Source: Rubeoparvulum massiliense (GTDB lineage: Bacteria; Bacillota; Bacilli; Rubeoparvulales; Rubeoparvulaceae). Taken from it: DNA of 32,000 bases. The notes below the pieces were generated by a model, which made no database searches, was not told the DNA's origin, and saw nothing but the letters and a program-made list of their open reading frames with translations. This document shows, piece by piece, positions 25,660 through 32,000 of this stretch (positions are counted from its first letter, which is position 1; each line of letters opens with the position of its first letter). The stretch lies in the NCBI RefSeq assembly GCF_001049895.1, contig NZ_CVPE01000006.1:1154836-1186835 (forward strand). The letters run 5' to 3'. The position numbers were made by a program, and so were the translations under genes.

Positions 25660-26792
25660 TTAGATAATTCCTCAGATAGAAAGTTATAGAAAATGTCTAT
25701 CCTAGCTTTTACATTAACCAAAGCTGTATATTTTCCATTAAATTGGTCCTTGTTTTTTTTAATTAGACTATTTTTATTTGTTTGATTTACAGTACCCCTT
25801 CGACGAAGCACCTCTAAATCATAACCTTCATCTAATAATTTCGACACTGAAAGCATTACAGTGTCATATATCATTTTTTCAAACTTACCTTTATTACTCT
25901 TCATGAATGCTTTGTCTCCATAAATAGAATGTACATTTTCAATAACATTCATAAAATATTTTTTTGCATCTTCAACTTGTTCTTCATTAAATTTTTGTGC
26001 AGCAATTTGATAGTTGTCGAGTGTTACTTTAATTCCTCTTTTGTAATCACATTTTATGGCAGATTTAAACGCAAAAAACCTAAGTATCATTTCTCTATCT
26101 TCCATGCGGATGAGTTCATCATCAGTATTTTTAATCATCAATTTAAATATCTTATTATCCGCTAATTCATTTACCATATTATTGAAATTAGAGGGGTGTA
26201 ATGCGTTTCTAATTTCATGTGGAGATAGTTCCATTCCCCCGGTATTTAGCCTTTCAAACACAAATTGTTTTAATTCTAACTCTCTTTCCTTACCCTTGCT
26301 CGATTCTTTCAAAATTATAATTGCAGACAAATAGCGTCTGTGGATTAGATTTCTTAACTCCTCAGGTAGGTCACTAAATTTACAACCATTTATTTCACTC
26401 CACAGTTCCAATCCCTCTAGCTTAAATTCATTCTTAAAAAAACTGATTATGGTTGAGATTCTTTGTAAACCATCCATTACTTCATATTTATTATAATCTG
26501 TCTCATAAAGAAAAACCGGAGGTATGGGAACATTGACCAAGCAACTCTCTATTAATTTTGATTTTCTTTTAATATCCCATACCCTTTTTCTTTGATATTC
26601 TGGATTTAAATTGTAATTAACAAAAATAAGTGGTAAGTTTTCTAAAGGATATCTCGCTTGATCAATAAGAAGGTTATACTCGCCATTCAGTGCTTTATTG
26701 ACTAAATACTCGCGGTTATAAGATGAATTTTTTGCTACTTCTTTTATATTGAAAACATTGAAAATTTTTTCCAATACTACTCCACCTTTCAT
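25656..26792 (-). CDS. DUF262 (ParB/GmrSD-N-like NTPase) domain protein lacking a DUF1524 nuclease domain
   Basis: YQRKRVW (nt 26577-26597), IPPVFLYE, DGLQR (nt 26460-26474, a variant of DGQQR) and ERLNTGGMELSPHEIRNA are the DUF262 hallmarks. The C-terminal ~180 aa are helical with no H-N-H / His-Me finger motif. An alternative TTG start at 26774, preceded by AAAGGTGGAG, is possible. Confidence 0.8.
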   Translation of the reverse strand: MKGGVVLEKIFNVFNIKEVAKNSSYNREYLVNKALNGEYNLLIDQARYPLENLPLIFVNYNLNPEYQRKRVWDIKRKSKLIESCLVNVPIPPVFLYETDYNKYEVMDGLQRISTIISFFKNEFKLEGLELWSEINGCKFSDLPEELRNLIHRRYLSAIIILKESSKGKERELELKQFVFERLNTGGMELSPHEIRNALHPSNFNNMVNELADNKIFKLMIKNTDDELIRMEDREMILRFFAFKSAIKCDYKRGIKVTLDNYQIAAQKFNEEQVEDAKKYFMNVIENVHSIYGDKAFMKSNKGKFEKMIYDTVMLSVSKLLDEGYDLEVLRRRGTVNQTNKNSLIKKNKDQFNGKYTALVNVKARIDIFYNFLSEELSK

Positions 26793-27084
26793 TAGAACTC
26801 TTTAAATAAAATATAGCATATTATTGTTTTTTTTGTTCCTATTTTGAGAATTCCTTCTTCAACTATTCTGACCCTTTAGTTTAAGTACATTTTTTTACAA
26901 ATCTTCGTTTGTTTTACCGTATAAAAAACAACCCTCTATGAATTTCAAAACTACTAGTAATTATCACCTGTTGATTCCCATGAAAGTTGTCTTTATTTTG
27001 ACGATGAATTCTTTTTCTTTATTAAAGTAAGACGTGTAGTAGTACAAAAATTAGTACAAAACAGTTTTATCCATATTCATTTGT

Positions 27085-28471
27085 GGTAGTGTCAATAAGT
27101 TTGTGTAATTTGTAGGGTACCTATCGCGTTCAATTCTATCTTGATAAATGATTCTATTGGTTCATATTATAAGGATCAATAGAATGCTCAGTTAGCACTT
27201 TTTCGCTATAACGTTGCTTGAACATCTCTTGTAGCTCCGAATAAGCAGCATCAAAACCACGAAGTTTCCTTTCTGACCACCGTTGATTGTAGTCAACAGA
27301 CTCAAGATAGACAATCTTTTCGGCTGCCTTCTCGGTAGGTAGACTGTTCATGGGCTTCGTGCGTTTTTTGATCTCTTTCATGGTACGTTCGATGATATTC
27401 GTGGTATAGATCAAGGGACGTATGGATGCAGGATAATCTAAGAATGTGAGCAACACGGATAAATCTTGTTCCCATGAACGAACAACTTTCGGGTATTTCT
27501 TCTCCCACGCTGCTTTAAACAATGCAAATTGTTCATGAGCTTCTTCCAGACTATGAGCTTGGTAGATGGGCTTTAAATCTTCTGCAACCGAAGGTTGATC
27601 CTTTTTCCGTATAAGGTTTAAGGCATTTCGAACTTTATGAACGACACAGCGTTGAACATCGGCTTGAGGAAAGACTTCTTTCATCGCTTCTTCAAGTCCT
27701 GGAAGTCCATCGAATACCCCCAGTAACACTTCCTGAACACCACGGCTGCAGAGATCCATTAAAATCTCTTTCCATCGTAGCGCACTTTCTTGACCGCCCA
27801 CATCAAACCCGAGTATCTCACGATACCCTTTCTCGGTAACACCAATGACGAGGTAGACCACTTCATTGGCAACATCTTCGCGGCGAAGCTTTAGATAGGT
27901 TCCATCTAAATAGAGAATGGAGTAACGTTGCTTCAAAGGACGCTGAAGCCACATCTCCATATCTTCAACAACCACATCTGTAATGTGACTGATCGTGGTG
28001 GCTGAATAAGATTGTCCTAAGATTCGCTCAATAAAATGACCAATTTCTCGTGTACTCATACCTTTCTGATACATGGTGATGATCGTATCGTTTCTTCGAG
28101 CCATTGTTCACGACGTTGATAGGGACTAAATATCCTGGTCTGAAAGGTGTTGTCGCGGTCACGTGGAACTTGTAAATCTTCGATACGCCCATATTTGGTA
28201 TCCAGTTGGCGTGTATACGAACCATTTTTATAATTCTTAAGTTCAGGATGTTCGTAAGTGAAGAAGCCATTCATTTCTTCCTTCATGATGGTTTCTAGTT
28301 TCTCTTTTACGAAGTTTCGAACCATCATTTCCAATTGCTTTTCAAAGGGGTTTTGCTCTATACTTGTAGACATGGTAGGGTATCTCCTCTTCGTTGATTT
28401 TGCGGTTAACTTGAGGGTACCCTATCTCTTTTTTGCTTTCAAGCACTTTACACAAACTATTGTACGTCATC
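27085..28471 (-). mobile_element. IS256-family insertion sequence (1387 bp) with 8-bp target-site duplication
   Basis: Direct repeats tcatttgt at 27077-27084 and 28472-28479. Imperfect terminal inverted repeats: ggtagtgtcaataagtttgtgtaatttg (left) vs the reverse complement gatgacgtacaatagtttgtgtaaagtg (right). The element encloses a Mutator/IS256-type transposase. The 8-bp TSD agrees with the family. Confidence 0.8.
27154..28373 (-). pseudogene. IS256-family (Mutator-type) transposase, frameshifted
   Basis: The N-terminal 105-aa ORF (28056-28373) and the 316-aa ORF (27154-28104) together cover a full IS256 transposase (...FSPYQRREQWLEE | IITMYQKGMSTREI...YLDGTY...CVVHKVRN...). The frames are offset at a tandem atcgtatcgt (28082-28091). 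Confidence 0.8.
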
Positions 28472-28864
28472 TCATTTGTTTAAAAATGCACTAGCAAGCA
28501 CGCATAGATTTATTAACATAGACAGAAAAGGACATCTTGTCCCCTCCTGAATCACAAAACACTCCTTTTTATGTAAACACCCAATACCTTTGAAGACATT
28601 TTCATTTTAATGGATTGGTATAAATTGGGTAACCTGATTATAGTGGTGAAAAGACAAGAAAAGTAATTCATTATTCGTACTATAATAAAATGGGTAATCG
28701 TATAGAAATATAACATTAGCTTACCTAAGATATATTCGATGATTAAATTGAGATAATTTATGAAGTATAACCCCCTTAGCAAAACATTACACAAAAATAA
28801 TCAAAACTTATTCATTAGTGTTCGTTATGATTGTAAATGAAAGGGAGGTGAAATACCGTTGAAA

Positions 28865-29146
28865 ATGGAGGATATTCTACAATTTGATAATATGAGTGAC
28901 AGACCGATCATTGATACAAATAGTTAGAATAGATATTCTATCGTACTTGATGTTCCAAAAAACAGTGTAATTATATCGTTCGGTATTTTACTAACAGGAG
29001 AAGGAGAAGTTTGGTTGGATGGACTTAGCTTCGAAATAGTTGATAAAGATATCCCTCCAATCAATATTAGTTTTGAAGACAATCTTTTAGAGGAACCACC
29101 AAATTTATCATTTGAAGAAAAAGATTTTCCCTCTCTGTTAGGATAG
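28865..29146 (+). pseudogene. Small ORF (93 codons) interrupted by an in-frame TAG; possibly the C-terminal remnant of a larger beta-rich protein
   Basis: Strong RBS AAGGGAGGTG (28841-28850), then an in-frame TTG (28859) and ATG (28865). Translation MEDILQFDNMSDRPIIDTNS, TAG at 28925-28927, then NRYSIVLDVPKNSVIISFGILLTGEGEVWLDGLSFEIVDKDIPP...SLLG, stop at 29144-29146. It ends 1 nt before the putative IS3 left end. Confidence 0.35.
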
Positions 29147-29193
29147 ATGTCGTACGATACTTTAGTGTTATAGTTAAGTCAATAACACGGAGG

Positions 29194-29715
29194 TTGATCG
29201 ATATGACAGAAAAAAATGGAGTACGATATTCGCAAGAACAAAAAGAGTCCATTATCAAACGCATGATGCCCCCCAATCATGAATCTGTATCGAAAATTTC
29301 AAAAGAAGAAGGCATCTCAGATGCGACGTTGTACAAGTGGCGCAGAGAAGCTCGCAAGGCTGGTATGGCAACACCTGGTAATGGACAAACAAGCGAGAAA
29401 TGGAGTAGCTAAGATAAGTTTTTAATTGTGATAGAAACCTTCGCGATGAATGAATTGGAGCTTGCCGAGTATTGTCGCAAAAAGGGTCTGTATCGTGAAC
29501 AGATTGAAGCATGGAAAAATGTATGCCTTCAGGCAAATGGCCATGCATTCGATCAAGCGAAGCAGTTGAATGGTGCATTGAAGGAAGAACAGAAGCGTGC
29601 TAAGCAATTAGAAAAAGAGCTACAAAAGAAAGAAAAGGCACTAGCCGAAGCTGCGGCGTTATTACTTTTGCGAAAAAAGGCCCAAGCGATTTGGGGGGGC
29701 GACGAGGAAGAATGA
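29194..29715 (+). pseudogene. IS3-family OrfA (HTH + leucine zipper) with an in-frame TAA
   Basis: The tracked ORFs 29194-29412 and 29428-29715 are in the same frame and read ...GQTSEKWSS*DKFLIVIETFAMNELELAEYCRKKGLY.... The TAA at 29410-29412 sits where homologues would continue (an Glu GAA codon is plausible). Confidence 0.7.
29673..29679 (+). promoter_or_regulatory. Programmed -1 ribosomal frameshift heptamer A_AAA_AAG (orfA to orfB)
   Basis: AAAAAAG lies in the orfA zero frame as A AAA AAG. The orfB frame (29691 onward) is exactly -1 relative to orfA. This is the canonical IS3-family arrangement. Confidence 0.75.
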
Positions 29716-30770
29716 TTAGCCCGTCAAATTTCGCATTAGCAGTCGAACTTATCCAAGAAGCCCATCAAAATGATGCGCGGCTAGCGAAGGCTTGCGAGGA
29801 ACTTCATATCAGCGTTCGTACCTATGAACGTTGGGTGGCAGAGGGTGGTGTGAAGGTTGATCAGCGCCCTCTTACGAAAAGACCGGTACCGAAGAATAAG
29901 TTGTCTGAGAAAGAAAAAGAAGAAATATTAATGGTTGTCAAACAGGAAGAATACGCCGATTTACTACCGACACAGATCGTACCAAGGCTTGCGGATAAAG
30001 GAACTTATATTGCGTCAGAATCCACCTTTTATCGTGTGTTACGTGAAGAAAAAATGCAACACCATCGTGGTCGTAGTCAAAAGCCTGAGAGAAGAATCCC
30101 TGAGAGTCATCTAGCAACGTCGCCAAACCAAGTGTGGACATGGGATATTACGTGGCTTGGTGGGCCTGTAAAAGGTTTGTATTATCGCCTCTATTTAATT
30201 CTCGATTTATTTAGTAGAAAAGCAGTGGGTTGGGAAGTTTGGGAAACAGAAGAGGCAAAACACGCCGAAACGCTCGTGAAAAAAGCAGTCATCCGTGAAA
30301 AAATCCAAGGGGCACCTCTCGTGTTGCATTCAGATAATGGCAGCCCGATGAAAGCCGAGACATTCTTAAGTTTACTAGAGAAATTGGGCATTCAAAGTTC
30401 CTTTTCAAGACCGCGTGTGAGTAACGATAATCCTTATTCAGAAGCGATGTTTCGAACACTTAAATATCGACCTGATTTCCCACACAAAGGTTTTGCGTCA
30501 CTCGAAGAAGCAAGGAAATGGGCACAGCAATTCGTCCATTGGTACAACGAAATTCACCTGCATCGTGGGCTAAATTTTGTGACGCCTGTGCAGTGTCATA
30601 TTGGAGAACATGTAGCCCTATTGGAAAAGCGAAAAAACGTATATGAAGCAGCGAAGGCAAAGCATCCAGAGCGTTGGGCTCGGAGCACAAGAAATTGGAC
30701 ACCTCATGAACGAGTAGCACTTAATCCCATGCGAGATGAAGAGCAAACCAAAGCACTGAGGAAATCATAA
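29691..30770 (+). CDS. IS3-family OrfB (DDE/rve integrase-core transposase domain)
   Basis: WTWDITWL...LYLILDLFSRKAVGWEV (first D), VLHSDNGSPMKA (second D), SNDNPYSEAMFRTLKY (E). It would normally be expressed as an OrfAB fusion through the -1 frameshift. Confidence 0.85.
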   Translation: MGGRRGRMISPSNFALAVELIQEAHQNDARLAKACEELHISVRTYERWVAEGGVKVDQRPLTKRPVPKNKLSEKEKEEILMVVKQEEYADLLPTQIVPRLADKGTYIASESTFYRVLREEKMQHHRGRSQKPERRIPESHLATSPNQVWTWDITWLGGPVKGLYYRLYLILDLFSRKAVGWEVWETEEAKHAETLVKKAVIREKIQGAPLVLHSDNGSPMKAETFLSLLEKLGIQSSFSRPRVSNDNPYSEAMFRTLKYRPDFPHKGFASLEEARKWAQQFVHWYNEIHLHRGLNFVTPVQCHIGEHVALLEKRKNVYEAAKAKHPERWARSTRNWTPHERVALNPMRDEEQTKALRKS

Positions 30771-30786
30771 TATTCCCCATTCTCCT

Positions 30787-30832
30787 GGTGATTTGAATCG
30801 AAAACCCGTTCTTCCTTTCGATTCAAATCACC
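30787..30832. repeat. Perfect 17-bp inverted repeat (hairpin) downstream of IS3 orfB
   Basis: ggtgatttgaatcgaaa (30787-30803) and tttcgattcaaatcacc (30816-30832) are separated by 12 nt. No T-run follows on either strand. Confidence 0.7.
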
Positions 30833-30953
30833 CGGTCAGCAAGCGTAGCGCGGTAGCCTTGACTGAATTTGGGATTTGATGACGATCTATTAAAATACTA
30901 AACTAGCTAAATGCGACAACTATATTGACAAACACTGCTTGGGGGGATGAGTA

Positions 30954-32000
30954 ATGGCAGATTTTATATTAGAAGAACAAATAGAAAATGTAATAAATAA
31001 AACAACAAAAGAATATTTAAAGGAAGTTCTTTCAAGCTATTACAATGGAAATTATAGAGCAGTAGTTGTGGTACTTTATACTATTGTTATTTATGATTTA
31101 TTAAAAAAAATTGTTATTCTAAAAGAAATATATAATGACAAAGGTGCTGAGAAAATAATTGGAGAAATTAAGAAACAACAAAGCAATAATCCAAAAAGTC
31201 CAGAATGGGAAGGCAGTTTGATTGAAGATGTGTACAAAGAAACGAAATTAATATCGGCTGTTGAAAAAGATGAGCTTCTACACCTCAAAAATGAAAGAAA
31301 CTATGCAGCACATCCAATAATAAACATAGATGATGAGAATGAAAAATTAGTACTAAAACAGATTACAAAAGAGACCGCCAGTGATCTAATAAGAAAGGCG
31401 TTTGAAATTGTATTTCTGCGTGATGCAATTCTAGCTAAAAACATTGTTAATGATATTATTTCTGATTTAAATCTATATTATGAAAGAGTAAAGACAGAAG
31501 GATTAGAAAATTATTTAAATACAAAATATTTCCGAAGAATGATTCAAGAGAGAAAAGATAGTTTATTTAAATCGTTGTGGAAATTTGTTTTCATTCTTAG
31601 CGATGATGAATGCAATAAAAATAGAGAATCAAATTACTGGGGACTAGTATTTTTATATAATGAAAATAAAAACCATTACCAGAATTTAATCAAAAAAGAT
31701 AAGGATTACTATTTCAATAAATTGCAATTAGAAACTATAAAAAGCTGGTGTGGGAGCGGAGGAATTGACGTAAACTACGATACTATTATTATGTTTAAAA
31801 GCATAAGTCGAATTACTAATTTAATCAAATTCTTAGAATCTGCTCCAGAAATATATGCGGTACTAAATGACTATGCGAAAAATATATTAAAGCAATCAAT
31901 TAATCATATGTACATCGAAGATGATGTAGTTGAAAAGTCTTTGTATCAGGTCAACAACCAAAATAGCGATTTATTTAAAGAACAGGTAAAATTGAAATCT
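30954..32000 (+). CDS. Abi-like HEPN-motif protein, at least 349 aa (3' end outside window)
   Basis: This ORF is absent from the supplied track because it has no stop inside the window. ATG at 30954 is preceded by GGGGGGA. I translated it by hand with no stop through 32000. Helical N-terminal domain YYNGNYRAVVVVLYTIVIYDLL...LLHLKNERNYAAHP with R115-x4-H120 (nt 31296-31313). Very AT-rich. Confidence 0.7.
   Translation, partial: MADFILEEQIENVINKTTKEYLKEVLSSYYNGNYRAVVVVLYTIVIYDLLKKIVILKEIYNDKGAEKIIGEIKKQQSNNPKSPEWEGSLIEDVYKETKLISAVEKDELLHLKNERNYAAHPIINIDDENEKLVLKQITKETASDLIRKAFEIVFLRDAILAKNIVNDIISDLNLYYERVKTEGLENYLNTKYFRRMIQERKDSLFKSLWKFVFILSDDECNKNRESNYWGLVFLYNENKNHYQNLIKKDKDYYFNKLQLETIKSWCGSGGIDVNYDTIIMFKSISRITNLIKFLESAPEIYAVLNDYAKNILKQSINHMYIEDDVVEKSLYQVNNQNSDLFKEQVKLKS

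Larger units (their letters stand above)
29148..30940 (+). mobile_element. IS3-family insertion sequence (ends only approximately placed)
   Basis: orfA/orfB organisation with a -1 frame relationship and an A_AAA_AAG slippery heptamer. orfB has an rve/DDE integrase core. Candidate termini are TGTCG (29148) and CGACA (30918), and/or agtgtt...gtcaata (29165-29185) vs tattgacaaacact (30923-30936). The IRs are weak and I found no clear 3-bp TSD. Confidence 0.65.

Noticed and set aside
25929-26334. Tracked plus-strand ORFs 25929-26165 and 26056-26334 inside the DUF262 gene.
   Set aside because: They are antisense to a gene with clear DUF262 motifs. They give Phe/Ile/Asn-rich low-complexity translations, as expected from AT-rich antisense frames.
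26939-27031. 31-codon plus-strand ORF (MNFKTTSNYHLLIPMKVVFILTMNSFSLLK) in the spacer upstream of the DUF262 operon, considered as a small regulator or antitoxin.
   Set aside because: It has no RBS, lies in AT-rich sequence, and there is no conservation evidence available. It is most likely a chance ORF.
27040-27061. Tandem direct repeat tagtacaaaa (x2, 12-nt period) upstream of the DUF262 operon, considered as a mini CRISPR, iteron or operator.
   Set aside because: There are only two short copies and no spacer-repeat architecture. It is AT-rich low-complexity sequence with too little evidence for any function.
27302-28270. Tracked ORFs 27302-27508 (-) and 28028-28270 (-) within the IS256 element. 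Similar tracked ORFs 29067-29276, 29255-29578, 29422-29607, 29938-30141, 30191-30391 and 30460-30720 lie within or at the edge of the IS3 element, and 31091-31288 lies inside the second HEPN gene.
   Set aside because: They are alternate-frame or antisense to transposase or HEPN reading frames that have clear family features.
28552-28794. 80-aa minus-strand ORF between the IS256 element and the small amber-containing ORF.
   Set aside because: Extremely AT-rich, with an Ile/Leu/Tyr/Asn-dominated translation, no RBS and no motif. Probably non-coding.
29145-30921. Attempt to define exact IS3 inverted repeats and a 3-bp target duplication.
   Set aside because: The candidate ends (TGTCG...CGACA, or agtgtt...aacact) align only weakly and with indels, and the flanking triplets do not match. 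I therefore report only approximate boundaries.
1-32000. Scan for rRNA, tRNA, CRISPR arrays, riboswitch or T-box leaders, and integrase or att sites at the island boundary.
   Set aside because: By eye I saw no cloverleaf-compatible tRNA-like segment, regularly spaced repeats, T-box specifier/antiterminator pattern or tyrosine/serine recombinase ORF. Absence by eye is not proof; tRNAscan, Infernal/Rfam and CRISPR finders should be run.

Overview
The window looks like chromosome from an endospore-forming Bacillales-type Firmicute. It splits into two parts. (1) Positions 1 to ~23,750 are a densely packed housekeeping block. Its gene order resembles what I recall of the Bacillus subtilis 'yt' region: ytxK-like methyltransferase, surE, ytfJ, ytfI, ytpR, ezrA, a refZ/yttP-like TetR gene, a dgcP/ytrP-like GGDEF gene and rpsD. 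It also holds fabI with a FapR-box-like operator, a PHP phosphoesterase, an M24 peptidase, a GT28 glycosyltransferase with a YkoP-like partner, an SLH/3D cell-wall protein and a split AtuA-like pair. (2) Directly after the rpsD terminator the sequence becomes visibly AT-rich, and an accessory island of at least 8.2 kb runs to the window end. The island contains decayed gene fragments and a translationally coupled DUF262 (ParB-like NTPase) + HEPN (R-x4-H) gene pair, my main candidate for an uncharacterised defence or abortive-infection system. It also contains an IS256-family element (8-bp target duplication, transposase broken by a 5-bp tandem duplication), a small ORF with an in-frame amber codon, an IS3-family element (intact A_AAA_AAG frameshift site but a nonsense codon in orfA), and a second, larger HEPN-motif protein that runs off the window. 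In the core, the ezrA homologue carries an unusual extracytoplasmic TPM-like N-terminal extension. I found no rRNA, tRNA or CRISPR array. All calls come from reading the translations and sequence by eye; no database search was possible.
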